A stretch of 64,000 bases of DNA from Gemmatimonadota bacterium (GTDB taxonomy: Bacteria; Gemmatimonadota; Gemmatimonadetes; Longimicrobiales; Gaopeijiaceae). Numbering within the stretch: position 1 is the stretch's first letter; every line of letters starts with the position of its first letter. Location of the stretch: contig JBDHGI010000003.1 in assembly GCA_039589955.1 (NCBI GenBank), forward strand, positions 4,535 to 68,534. The letters are read 5' to 3'. A program made the translations under genes and the position numbers. Of this stretch, positions 1-9,278 are shown piece after piece. The notes under the pieces are model-generated. The model was not told the DNA's origin, made no database searches, and saw only the letters and a program-made list of their open reading frames with translations.

Positions 1-1050
1 CACGACGACGAAGCCGGGCTCGACGTCGGCCACCGCGCCCCCGGCCGCCCCGGACGCGCCGTCGCCGGGGGCCGCGAAGTCTCCCCGGGCCAGTGGCCAC
101 AGACCGGCAATCAGGATTGCGACCAGGGCGACGGCCCCCGCGATCCAGGGCAGGGGGGGACGGGGCCGGCTGTCAGGCAGCGCCTGCGTGGGGGTCACGC
201 CCATGGACGGGGTGCCCAAGGCCTCGAGCTGGGTCAGGAGCAGCTCGGCCGTCTGCCACCGGTCCGCCGGCTTCTTCTCCAGGCAGCGCATCACCACGGC
301 GCCCAGGGAGGGGGGTACCGCGGCGCGGAGCTCCGTCACCTCCTGGGGCGTCTCGGTGACGTGGGCGGCCAGGACTTGCTGGGGGCTCAGCCCCGTGAAG
401 GGCGGGCGGCCGGTGAGGAGCTCGTACGCCATCGCGCCCACGGCGTAGATGTCGGCCCGGTGGTCGACGTGCTCGTCGGCGGCGGCCTGCTCCGGCGCCA
501 TGTACGCGGGGGTGCCGAGGGCCACTCCGGCGGTGGTGAGCTGGTGGCGGCCCGTGGCCTCGCTGACCGCCTTGGCCACGCCGAAGTCCGTCACCACGGC
601 GTGTCGGCCGGCGAGGAGCACGTTGTCGGGCTTGATGTCCCGGTGCACCACGCCCAGCTCGTGGGCGGCGGCCAGGGCGTCGGTCACCTCCCGTGTGATG
701 CGCAGCGCCTCGTCCACCGGGAGCTCCCGCTCCCGGGCGAGGCGCTCCCGGAGGGACTCGCCGTCCACCAAGGGCATCACGTAGTAGAGGAAGCCGTCGG
801 CCTCCCCCGAGTCGAAGAGCGGGAGGATGTGGGGGTGCTGGAGGTTCGCCGTGACCCGCACCTCCTGGAGGAAGCGCTCCGGTTCCAGGGTGGCGGCCAG
901 CTCGGGCCTGAGGACCTTCAGCGCGACCTTGCGCTCGTGCCGCAGGTCGATGGCACGGTAGACCGTGGCCATCCCGCCCTGTCCGATCTCGTCTTCTATG
1001 CGGTAGCGGTCCTGCAGGGCAGCACGCAGGCGCTCGAGCACATCGCTCAT
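1..1050 (-). CDS. Hanks-type Ser/Thr protein kinase (kinase domain plus TM helix); 3' end runs off the left window edge
   Basis: Absent from the ORF track because there is no stop in the window. My minus-strand translation from the ATG at 1050 gives MSDVLERLRAALQDRYRIEDEIGQGGMATVYRAIDLRHERKVALKVL...HRDIKPDNVLL...DFGVAK...GTPAYMAPEQ, then the hydrophobic segment PLPWIAGAVALVAILIAGLW. I checked codons by hand over 169-240 and found no stops. Confidence 0.9.
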   Translation of the reverse strand, partial: MSDVLERLRAALQDRYRIEDEIGQGGMATVYRAIDLRHERKVALKVLRPELAATLEPERFLQEVRVTANLQHPHILPLFDSGEADGFLYYVMPLVDGESLRERLARERELPVDEALRITREVTDALAAAHELGVVHRDIKPDNVLLAGRHAVVTDFGVAKAVSEATGRHQLTTAGVALGTPAYMAPEQAAADEHVDHRADIYAVGAMAYELLTGRPPFTGLSPQQVLAAHVTETPQEVTELRAAVPPSLGAVVMRCLEKKPADRWQTAELLLTQLEALGTPSMGVTPTQALPDSRPRPPLPWIAGAVALVAILIAGLWPLARGDFAAPGDGASGAAGGAVADVEPGFVVV

Positions 1051-1165
1051 GGGGCCCCCAGGCTGGCGGCGATGACCCAAATGGAGGCCGGGCCGGGGCC
1101 ATGCGCAAGCTCTCTCCATCGCCTACCTTGCTCCTCCCATCGTTCCCTTCGCACCCAGACCGACC

Positions 1166-4100
1166 ATGTCCGCCACACGATCCGCCCTGCTCGTTTCGGC
1201 CGTCCTCCTGGCCGGCACCCTGATCGCCCCCGTCGACGCCCCCGTCGCCGCGCAGGAGCCCGGCGACGTCGCCCTGGACTCCGCTCTTCTGGCCGGCTAC
1301 CGCTGGCGGAACCTGGGCCCCGACCGGGGTGGGCGCTCCATCGCCGTGAGCGGTGTGGTGGGGCGGGCGGACGAGGCGTACTTCGGCGCCGTGGGCGGAG
1401 GGCTGTGGAAGACGACGGACGGCGGCGAGAACTGGAGTCCCGTCACCGACTTCAAGATCACGTCGGCGTCCGTGGGGGCCGTGGCCGTGAGCGAGACCGA
1501 GCCTGACCTGGTCTTCATCGGCACGGGTGAGGCGTGCATCCGGGGCAACATCATCCCCGGCGACGGGATGTACCGGAGCCGGGACGCCGGCGAGACCTGG
1601 GAGCACATCGGCTTCACCGACACCGACGCCATCTCCAAGGTGCGGGTCCACCCCACCGACCCCGACATCGTGTTCGCGGCGGTGTTCGGGAAGTACGGCG
1701 CCGACTCGGAGGAGCGGGGCGTCTTCAAGAGCACCGACGGCGGGGACAGCTGGCGGAAGGTCCTCTACCGGGATGCCAAGACCGGCGCCGTGGATCTGGT
1801 CATCGACCGCAACGACCCCGACGTGATCTACGCGTCCCTCTGGCAGGCTTTCCGGAAGGAGTACACGGCGGCGTCCGGCGGGCCCGGGAGCGGCATGTTC
1901 AAGAGCACCGACGGCGGTGAGACCTGGACCGAGATCACCCGTAATCCGGGCATGCCCCACGAGGGCATGGTGGGGCGCATCGGGCTCGCGGTGAGCAGCG
2001 CCAACTCGAACCGGGTCTACGCCCTCTTCGAGAACGACGACGGCGGGCTCTTCCGCAGCGAAGACGGTGGCGACACGTGGGAGCTCGTCAACTCGGAGCG
2101 GCGCATCCGGCAGCGGGCCTTCTACTACACCCATGTCTTCGCCGACCACCAAGACGAGGACGTGGTCTACGTGCAGAACACTTCCCTCTTCCGGTCCACC
2201 GACGGCGGCGCCACCTACGAGGTCATCAACAACGGGACCCACGGCGACTTCCACGACTTCTGGATCGACCCTGACGACGCGGCCCACCTCGTGGTGGGGA
2301 ACGACGGCGGCGGCGCCGTGAGCTTCACCACCGGGGAGGCGTGGACGGACCAGGAGTTCTCCACCTCACAGTTCTACCGGGTCGTGACCACCGCCCACAC
2401 GCCCTTCCACGTGTGCGGCTCCCAGCAGGACAACAGCACCCTGTGCCTACCCTCGGACTGGAACGCAGGCCGCTTCGGCCTCGGCGGAGGCGGCGGCTTC
2501 GGGCGGGGAGGCGGAGGCGACAGGAGCATCACCGAGGGCTCCATGAACGTGGCGTACCGGGTCGGCGGTGGTGAGCCTGGCTACATCGCGCCGGACCCGA
2601 GGGACCTGAACATCTTCTATTCCGGCACCAACAACGGCCGGTACGTGGACAAGTTCAACCGCACCACCGGCGCCTCCCGTGAGGTGAACCCTTATCCCTG
2701 GTTCTACTCCGGCGAGCCCGCCATCGACATGGTGGAGCGGTGGCAGTGGACCTTCCCCATCGTCTTCTCACCCCTCGATCCGAACCGGCTGTACGTGTCG
2801 TCCAACCGTCTCTGGCAGACGCTGGACGGCGGCAACACGTGGGAGGCTCTCAGCCCCGACCTCACCCGGGCGGATCCGAGCACGCTGGGGCGCTCGGGCG
2901 GTCCCATCACCGGGGACATGAACGGCCCCGAGGTCTACGCCACCATCTTCACCGTCGCCCCCGGCAAGCTGGACGTGAACGTCATCTGGACGGGCTCCGA
3001 CGACGGGCTGGTGCACGTGACGCGGGACGGTGGCGCGACGTGGACGAACATCACCCCGCCAGACATGCCCGACTTCGGCCGTGTGCAGCTCATCGACGCG
3101 TCGGCCTTCGAGGCCGGTCGGGCGTACATGGCGGTGAAGCGCTCCCTGCTAGACGACAAGGCGCCCTACATCTGGCGCACCGACGACTACGGCGCGTCGT
3201 GGACGAAGATCGTCAACGGCATTCCCCACGGCGCCTTCGTGAATACCGTGCGTGAGGACCCGACCCGTCCGGGTCTGCTCTACGCCGGCACGAACCGCGG
3301 GGTCTACATCTCCTATGACGACGGAGCCCACTGGCGGCAGCTCAACCCGAGCCTGCCGGACATCCCCATCTCGTCGCTCATCGTGGAGCACGACGAGCTG
3401 GCGGTGGCCAGCCACGGCCGGGGCTTCTGGATCCTGGACAACATCGCGCCGCTGCGTCAGGCCCGGTCTGGCATGACCGACGAGGATCTCGTGCTCTTCC
3501 AGCCTGCCTCGGCCATGCGCGCCGCTGACGGCGCCATTCTGTCCTGGTGGCTCAAGGAGGCTCCTGCGGAGGCCAAGCTCGAGATCGTCGCACCCGGCGG
3601 TGAGGTGGTCCGGACCTTCGAGCCTGCAGACACCGCCGAGGAGCGCGATCGGTGGAGTGGAGCGCCGCTACCGGTGGAGGCTGGCCTCAACCGGCTCCAT
3701 TGGGACCTGAGGACGGATCCGGCCCCTGCGTTCCCGGGCATGATCCTATGGGGCGTGCGCACCCTGTCCGCTACCGTGCCGCCGGGCACGTACACGGTCC
3801 GACTGACCGCAGACGGTTACACCGAGACCGCGACCCTCGAGGTGCAGCGCAATCCGTGGATCACCGACGTCACCGACGAGGACCTGAAGAAGCAGTACGT
3901 CTTCGCCCGGGAGATCCAGGCCAAGGTCACCGAGGCCAACTCGGCGGTCATCGCCATCCGCCGAGCCAAGGTGCAGCTGGAAGCACGTCTGGAGGGGAAC
4001 GAGGATCGGGCCCTGCGGGAGGCGGCCCACACCTTCATGCGTAATGCCTCGGAGGTTGAGGCGAATATCTACCAGGTCAGGAACCGCTCCAACCAGGACC

Positions 4101-4357
4101 CGCTGAACTTCCCCATCAAGGTGAACAACCGGCTGGCGAACCTCCTCTCCATGGTGGAGCGGGGCGATGGAGCTCCGAACGAGGGGATGCACGAGGTGTT
4201 CCAGATCATGTCCGATCGGCTGGACGGGTACCTGGAGACCCTGCAGAACGTGTGGGACCGGGACCTGGACAGAGTGAACGACGTCCTGGAGGGGTTGGGG
4301 ATGGCACCGGTTGATCCCTGGGACGAGACAACGAAGCTGGAGGCGCCCGTTGGATAG
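1166..4357 (+). CDS. Secreted BNR/Asp-box (sortilin/VPS10-type) beta-propeller protein, glycosyl-hydrolase-like
   Basis: 1063-aa ORF with signal peptide MSATRSALLVSAVLLAGTLIAPVDAPVAAQ. About 10 Asp-box repeats of form S/T-x-D-x-G-x-T/S-W: TTDGGENW, SRDAGETW, STDGGDSW, STDGGETW, SEDGGDTW, TLDGGNTW, TRDGGATW, TDDYGASW. Confidence 0.9.
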   Translation: MSATRSALLVSAVLLAGTLIAPVDAPVAAQEPGDVALDSALLAGYRWRNLGPDRGGRSIAVSGVVGRADEAYFGAVGGGLWKTTDGGENWSPVTDFKITSASVGAVAVSETEPDLVFIGTGEACIRGNIIPGDGMYRSRDAGETWEHIGFTDTDAISKVRVHPTDPDIVFAAVFGKYGADSEERGVFKSTDGGDSWRKVLYRDAKTGAVDLVIDRNDPDVIYASLWQAFRKEYTAASGGPGSGMFKSTDGGETWTEITRNPGMPHEGMVGRIGLAVSSANSNRVYALFENDDGGLFRSEDGGDTWELVNSERRIRQRAFYYTHVFADHQDEDVVYVQNTSLFRSTDGGATYEVINNGTHGDFHDFWIDPDDAAHLVVGNDGGGAVSFTTGEAWTDQEFSTSQFYRVVTTAHTPFHVCGSQQDNSTLCLPSDWNAGRFGLGGGGGFGRGGGGDRSITEGSMNVAYRVGGGEPGYIAPDPRDLNIFYSGTNNGRYVDKFNRTTGASREVNPYPWFYSGEPAIDMVERWQWTFPIVFSPLDPNRLYVSSNRLWQTLDGGNTWEALSPDLTRADPSTLGRSGGPITGDMNGPEVYATIFTVAPGKLDVNVIWTGSDDGLVHVTRDGGATWTNITPPDMPDFGRVQLIDASAFEAGRAYMAVKRSLLDDKAPYIWRTDDYGASWTKIVNGIPHGAFVNTVREDPTRPGLLYAGTNRGVYISYDDGAHWRQLNPSLPDIPISSLIVEHDELAVASHGRGFWILDNIAPLRQARSGMTDEDLVLFQPASAMRAADGAILSWWLKEAPAEAKLEIVAPGGEVVRTFEPADTAEERDRWSGAPLPVEAGLNRLHWDLRTDPAPAFPGMILWGVRTLSATVPPGTYTVRLTADGYTETATLEVQRNPWITDVTDEDLKKQYVFAREIQAKVTEANSAVIAIRRAKVQLEARLEGNEDRALREAAHTFMRNASEVEANIYQVRNRSNQDPLNFPIKVNNRLANLLSMVERGDGAPNEGMHEVFQIMSDRLDGYLETLQNVWDRDLDRVNDVLEGLGMAPVDPWDETTKLEAPVG

Positions 4358-4412
4358 AGCAGTTCCGATAGTCGCAGGTAAGAGACGCACGCCGTCCCCC
4401 GGGGGCTCGCTG

Positions 4413-4841
4413 GTGGCTGCAAGCCCCCGGGTGCTTGTCCGGGCCCTCGTCGTGTCGACGCTGCTCTTTGCCAGCACTGCCTGCGGGATCACCGATCCCC
4501 TCTCCGAGGACCTCGTGGTGTCCGGCAAGGTGACCGACGTGGCGGGCGTGGGGCTCACCGGAGCGAGCGTGTCCCTTGTGAGGGAGAGCTGCCTCTCTGG
4601 AGCGTGCACGACACGGACGCGAGGGCAGGACATGACCGACGCGAACGGGGATTTCCGGATCGTGGTGGTCCGAGACGCCGACGAGCGTGACCTCTGGGAG
4701 CTCGTGTGTCACGAGTTCACGATCGACATCGAGGCAGCGGGCTACACGCCTGTCGTGGGCAACTACCAGGGGTGGAGAGCGGCCTTCTGTGCCTCCGGGG
4801 AGGTCGCCGGGCTGGAGTTCGCGCTCACGCCTTCGGGATAG
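4413..4841 (+). CDS. Small lipoprotein with carboxypeptidase-regulatory-like (CarboxypepD_reg) fold
   Basis: Track ORF 4311..4841. The upstream gene ends at 4357, so I take an in-frame GTG at 4413 (or 4431). Lipobox LLFASTAC-G. The stretch VVSGKVTDVAGVGLTGASVSL...DANGDFRI is typical of CarboxypepD_reg. The start is uncertain. Confidence 0.6.
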   Translation: MAASPRVLVRALVVSTLLFASTACGITDPLSEDLVVSGKVTDVAGVGLTGASVSLVRESCLSGACTTRTRGQDMTDANGDFRIVVVRDADERDLWELVCHEFTIDIEAAGYTPVVGNYQGWRAAFCASGEVAGLEFALTPSG

Positions 4842-4877
4842 GAAGACGGCGCACTCGGGCCGAGATCCCCATCCGGT

Positions 4878-5861
4878 CTACCGGTGGATCTCCACGACGT
4901 CCCCCTCTTCGAGGACGTGTCCTCCTCGCACCGACTGGCCGTCGTGGGCGCTGGGGCCCCATAGGCGGGCGTATCGGAGCTCCTCGGCGATCTCCTTGTG
5001 GATCTTCGCCGCGAGATCGGAGACGGTGGATCCTCTCGGGAGCGTGAAGGGTCGATCCCGGTCCGCCTCTCTTCCCGGTTCCTTGCTGTAGACGCGGATC
5101 ACGTCCAGGGCTTCGAAGGTGGCTTGCCCCAGGGCGTCGAAGCCCTCTCGTGTGACCCCGGAAACCGGGACCTTCCACCACGGACGGTCAAGGAGCTCTT
5201 CGAAGACCTCGTAGTCTCCCTGGGCGCCGGGCCGGTCCATGCCCGTGACCACGAGGAACGCGTCCTTGTAGCTCCACCCTGGGCGCCGCTCTCGCGGTGG
5301 CTCCTGCCGCCAGGGGTCCAGGCCGATGGCCTTGGCCGCCAGTAGCTCGACCGTCTCCTCGAGACCCGTGAGAGGCCGCTCCACGGATACCACCAACCAG
5401 ACCAGATCCGCCCCGCGGACGATGTCGTACACCCAGGGCTCCACGTGCTCGTGGCAGATCGGCGGAAGATCCACGAGCTGGAACGCGATGTCCTCGTGGG
5501 GCATCATCCCCGGGGTCGCCTTCAGGGTCGTCATGGGGTACGGCGCCACGTCGGGACGGGCGTGGGTCAGCTCTGCCACCAACGTGGACTTGCCCGCGTT
5601 CGGAGAGCCGACCAGGGCGATCTGACCCGCTCCCTCGTGGGGGATCTTGTGGCTGGGTCCTCGCGTGCCCGCCTTCTTCCTGGGCTCGTGCCTCAGCTTG
5701 GAGATGCGGGTGCGGAGATCGGCGCACAGCTTCTCCGTGCCTTTGTGCTTCGGCACGACGCGAAGCATCTCTTCGAGGGCGGCGAGCTTCTCCTCCCTGG
5801 TGACCGCGGCCCGAAAGCGTGCCTCGGCCTCTCGATAGACGGGTCCCGCGTTGGTCGACAT
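4878..5861 (-). CDS. DRG/Obg-like GTPase with C-terminal TGS domain
   Basis: Only the C-terminal 327 aa of track ORF 4878..6323 look real; the start is the ATG at 5861 (MSTNAGPVYREAEARF). G1 motif GSPNAGKST, G3-like VDLPP, and a TGS-like tail IRVYSKEPG...LPRGSTVSDLAAKIHKEI...GDVVEIHR. The upstream 154 aa are Arg/Pro-rich junk. Confidence 0.85.
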   Translation of the reverse strand: MSTNAGPVYREAEARFRAAVTREEKLAALEEMLRVVPKHKGTEKLCADLRTRISKLRHEPRKKAGTRGPSHKIPHEGAGQIALVGSPNAGKSTLVAELTHARPDVAPYPMTTLKATPGMMPHEDIAFQLVDLPPICHEHVEPWVYDIVRGADLVWLVVSVERPLTGLEETVELLAAKAIGLDPWRQEPPRERRPGWSYKDAFLVVTGMDRPGAQGDYEVFEELLDRPWWKVPVSGVTREGFDALGQATFEALDVIRVYSKEPGREADRDRPFTLPRGSTVSDLAAKIHKEIAEELRYARLWGPSAHDGQSVRGGHVLEEGDVVEIHR

Positions 5862-6036
5862 CGCTCGATTCCTCCGCCTCCATGCTAGCAGGAAGGAGGG
5901 TCGTCCTGCCACCCGCAGCGTACCCCCACAGCGAGCCGGGAAGCGAGGCCGACGGACCCGCGGACGGCGCGATCTGCCGGGGGGTGATAGCTTGGCAGCC
6001 CATCCACGTGGCCCCTCGACGAGAACGAGCCGATCC

Positions 6037-7551
6037 ATGCACCAGCGACGCCTCCGGCAGGCCAGCCTTCTCACCGTCCTCGCCGCCCTTTCCCTGGCGG
6101 GGTCGTCCATCGGAGCCCAGACCCTCGACGGGTACCGGGAGTACGTGGAGAGCGCCGTGGAGAGCTGGGACGCGACGGGCCTGGCCGTGGCCGTGGTCAA
6201 GGACGGCGAGCTTCTCTTCGCCGAGGGATTCGGCGTGCTCCGTCTGGGTGAGCCCGGGAGGGTGGACGAGCATACCCGCTTCGCCATCGGGTCCACGACC
6301 AAGGCCATGACCGCGGCGGCCATCGGGATCCTCGTGGACGAGGGAAAGCTGGGCTGGGACGATCCCGTGGTGGAGCATCTGCCATGGTTCCGGGTGGACG
6401 ACCCCTACCTGTCCAGGCAGATCACGGTGCGGGACCTTCTCACCCACCGGGCCGGCATGGGCAACGCCGACTTCCTCTGGTACGAGCGCGATGCCGCCAC
6501 GGAGGAGATCGTCCGGAAGATGGCCATGGTGGAGCCGGCGTACCCCCCGCGGTCGTCCTTCATCTACCAGAACGTCATGTACGCCACCGCCGGCCTGGTG
6601 GTCGAGGCCGTGTCCGGCGCGTCATGGGCCGACTTCGTGCGTACGCGGATCTTCGGGCCCCTGGGCATGAGCGGGTCGGTTCCCCACGTGGCGGAGACGG
6701 TGGGGCGACCGAACGTGGCCCATCCACACCATCGCGTGGACGGACAGACCGTCCCCATCCGGAACGCCTCGGTGGATGCGGTGGACGCGGCGGGATCCGT
6801 CTGGTCGAGCGTGTCGGACATGTCCAGGTGGCTGCGGATGCTCCTGGCCGAGGGCGTCGTGCCCCACGGGACCCGCATCCTCAGCGAGGCCACCGTCGAC
6901 GAGCTGTTCCGGCCCCAGACCGTGATCCCGTCGAGCCAGTTCTACCCTACTCAGCGGATCACGCGACCGTCGTGGATGACCTACGGGCTGGGGTGGTTCC
7001 AGCACGATTACCGCGGCCACAAGGTGGACTTCCATACCGGGAGCATCGACGGCATGGTGGCCATCGCGGGCCTCGTCCGGGACCTGGACCTGGGCGTGTA
7101 CGTGCTGGCCAACCGGGACCACGTCGAGGTGCGCCACGCCCTCATGTACAGGGCCTTCGACCACTTCCTCGGTGGGGTGGACCGTGACTGGAGCACCGAC
7201 CTGAAGGAGCTGTACGACCGGTTGGCGGCCTCCGCGGAGGAGCGCCGGGCCGAGGCCCAGGCGCGTCGGGTCACTGGGACGAGCCCCTCCCTGGCCCTGG
7301 ACGACTACGTGGGGCGGTACGTCCACCCCGTCTACGGCTCGCTCACCGTGAGCCCAGACGACGGGGACCTCCGGGCGGACCTGGGACCGGGCCAGAGCGG
7401 TGTGCTCGAGCACTGGCACTACGACACCTTCCGCCTGGCGTTCGACGCGCGGTGGCGTGGAACCACCACGGTCACGTTCCTCCTGGATGTCGATGGCGGT
7501 GTGGCGGGAGCGCGCATGGGCAACGTGGAGCTTAAGCGGGCGGATCCCTGA
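6037..7551 (+). CDS. Secreted serine hydrolase (beta-lactamase/PBP fold) with DUF3471-like C-terminal domain
   Basis: In-frame ATG at 6037 gives signal peptide MHQRRLRQASLLTVLAALSLAGSSIGAQ. Motifs: SxxK in IGSTTKAM, YxN in IYQNVMY, H-T-G in FHTGSIDG. C-terminal YVGRYVHPVYGSLTV...DTFRLAF. Confidence 0.9.
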   Translation: MHQRRLRQASLLTVLAALSLAGSSIGAQTLDGYREYVESAVESWDATGLAVAVVKDGELLFAEGFGVLRLGEPGRVDEHTRFAIGSTTKAMTAAAIGILVDEGKLGWDDPVVEHLPWFRVDDPYLSRQITVRDLLTHRAGMGNADFLWYERDAATEEIVRKMAMVEPAYPPRSSFIYQNVMYATAGLVVEAVSGASWADFVRTRIFGPLGMSGSVPHVAETVGRPNVAHPHHRVDGQTVPIRNASVDAVDAAGSVWSSVSDMSRWLRMLLAEGVVPHGTRILSEATVDELFRPQTVIPSSQFYPTQRITRPSWMTYGLGWFQHDYRGHKVDFHTGSIDGMVAIAGLVRDLDLGVYVLANRDHVEVRHALMYRAFDHFLGGVDRDWSTDLKELYDRLAASAEERRAEAQARRVTGTSPSLALDDYVGRYVHPVYGSLTVSPDDGDLRADLGPGQSGVLEHWHYDTFRLAFDARWRGTTTVTFLLDVDGGVAGARMGNVELKRADP

Positions 7552-7686
7552 GCCGGCTCGGCCCTCCCCGGCCGTTGGCGGAGTGGGTCGAGGGAACCCG
7601 GGAGCCGTTCCCATGACCACGCTCACCGTTTCGGCCGCGGGTGCCAAGCAGCATATTGGGAGTGCACCTCGAAAGGAGATCGCGAC

Positions 7687-8496
7687 ATGACCCCCCGAGC
7701 CCCCGCACTCGCCGTCCTGGCGGCCGTCGCGCTGGCGGCGTGCGACACGCCCACCACGCTGCAGCCCGACGCGTTGGACGACGAAGCCGTCGCGCAGCTC
7801 GCCGAGGTGACCTCGGAGGACGCGACGATCCGTCTCCCCTCCCTGGGATCCCTGCTTGCCGCCTCCCGCGAAGCCATCCGGGAGCAGGGAGGCAACGAGG
7901 AGGCCGTGGGCCATTTCCGCCGGGCGCACCGGCTCGCCCTGGCTGCGGAGGCCGCGAGGGACGAAGGCAACCTGGAGGAGGCTCGCGCCCTCGCGGCGCG
8001 TAGCTATCGTCATCGGCTCTCCGGGATCGTGGCCGCCCTCGGCGAGGAAGCCGTGGCCGAGGCGGTGTCAGGAGCCGAGGCCGGCCTGGCCAGGGTACGG
8101 AATCACATCGACGGGCGGGAGGTGTCGGAGCGGGTGGCGAGAGCCGTCGAGCGCATCGCGTCCCACGTGGAGGCGGCCCGGGAAGCGCTGGAAGGGGGAG
8201 AGCCTGTTCGAGCCCTCCACCACTCCTTGGAGGCGGCCGAGGGCATCCGTCACCTCTCCCCGCGGTACGTCGCCCGGAAGTGGATCGAGCGGGCGACGAG
8301 CATGCTCCGGCAGGCGAGGCAGGCCGTCGGCGATACCGCCACCGACGAGGAAGCGTCCACCCTTCGCCGGGCCTGGCGGCTCCTGAACGTCGCGCGGGAC
8401 GAGCTCGCCGCCGGCCACCCGGTTCGGGCAGTGGAGGCCGCCAGGCGATCGGCCCGCCTGTCCTGGGGCGTCCTCGAGGGTCGATCCAGCGGCTAG
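7687..8496 (+). CDS. Hypothetical alpha-helical lipoprotein
   Basis: 269-aa ORF with lipobox AVALAAC-D. Ala/Glu/Arg-rich helical composition. No family recognised. Confidence 0.6.
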   Translation: MTPRAPALAVLAAVALAACDTPTTLQPDALDDEAVAQLAEVTSEDATIRLPSLGSLLAASREAIREQGGNEEAVGHFRRAHRLALAAEAARDEGNLEEARALAARSYRHRLSGIVAALGEEAVAEAVSGAEAGLARVRNHIDGREVSERVARAVERIASHVEAAREALEGGEPVRALHHSLEAAEGIRHLSPRYVARKWIERATSMLRQARQAVGDTATDEEASTLRRAWRLLNVARDELAAGHPVRAVEAARRSARLSWGVLEGRSSG

Positions 8497-8523
8497 CCGG
8501 TCCTCGTCCTGCCCCTTCACGCC

Positions 8524-9243
8524 ATGCCCGCCGTGCCCGCGCTCCGAGCCCTGGGCGTCGCCCTCGCGTGCGCCGTGACGAGCGCGTGCGGCGCCACGCG
8601 CCCCGATCCTCAGGAGGTGCGGTACGTGGACTGGCATCCCATCGAGTGGAGCGGGGGCACGACGAACGTGGCCGTGCTTTCTCCCCAGGAGGTCGGTGCG
8701 GGGCCGCACCCCGTCGTCTTCGCCCTGCCCTGGGGTAGCGGGTCCGCCAATCTCGTGATGAGCTTCCTCGAGGCTTACTGGTCCCACGAGCCGGGGCGGA
8801 GAGGGTACTACGTGGTGGCTCCGGAGGTGACGGGACCCACCCTGGCGGATATCGGCGACGAGCTCCTGCCCGCGATCTTCTCCTGGATGGACGCCGAGCT
8901 TCCCTACGACCCGTCGCAGGTGGCGCTCGTCGGGGCGTCCAACGGCGGGCGCGGCATGTTCCACGCGGCGCTGTCCCAGCCCGAGCGGTTCCGGGCCCTC
9001 ATCGGCCTGCCCGGGGAGTACTCGGGAGAGCCCCAGAACCTCACGGCCCTCGCTGGAAAGCCGGTCTGGCTTCTGGTCGGGGAATTCGACGGAGGGTGGG
9101 TCGAGGCGAGTCAGAGCACGGCCGCCGCCCTGGAAGCCGCGGGCGCGAAGGTCACCCTCGACATCGTTCCTGCCCAGGAGCACGTGCTCCTGCTCAGCTC
9201 CACCGAGCTCATGGACTGGATCGACGGGGCGCTGGGGCGCTAG
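8524..9243 (+). CDS. Secreted alpha/beta-hydrolase (carboxylesterase / dienelactone-hydrolase-like) lipoprotein
   Basis: 239-aa ORF with lipobox AVTSAC-G and nucleophile elbow G-x-S-x-G in LVGASNGGRGMF. C-terminal His region AQEHVLL. Confidence 0.75.
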   Translation: MPAVPALRALGVALACAVTSACGATRPDPQEVRYVDWHPIEWSGGTTNVAVLSPQEVGAGPHPVVFALPWGSGSANLVMSFLEAYWSHEPGRRGYYVVAPEVTGPTLADIGDELLPAIFSWMDAELPYDPSQVALVGASNGGRGMFHAALSQPERFRALIGLPGEYSGEPQNLTALAGKPVWLLVGEFDGGWVEASQSTAAALEAAGAKVTLDIVPAQEHVLLLSSTELMDWIDGALGR

Positions 9244-9278
9244 GAGCCTGCGCCCCACTGGATTGCCCGGACAGGCTC

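Noticed and set aside
173-2287. 704-aa minus-strand ORF spanning the kinase/BNR gene boundary
   Set aside because: The translation is Arg/Gly/Pro/Ala-rich with no motifs. It is out of frame with the clear kinase gene (1..1050, minus) and antisense to the strongly supported BNR gene. It is a typical GC-rich shadow ORF.
5862-6323. N-terminal 154-aa extension of the GTPase ORF (4878..6323)
   Set aside because: The extension is low-complexity Arg/Pro/Ser sequence that overlaps the divergent hydrolase gene. The conserved GTPase begins at the internal ATG at 5861.
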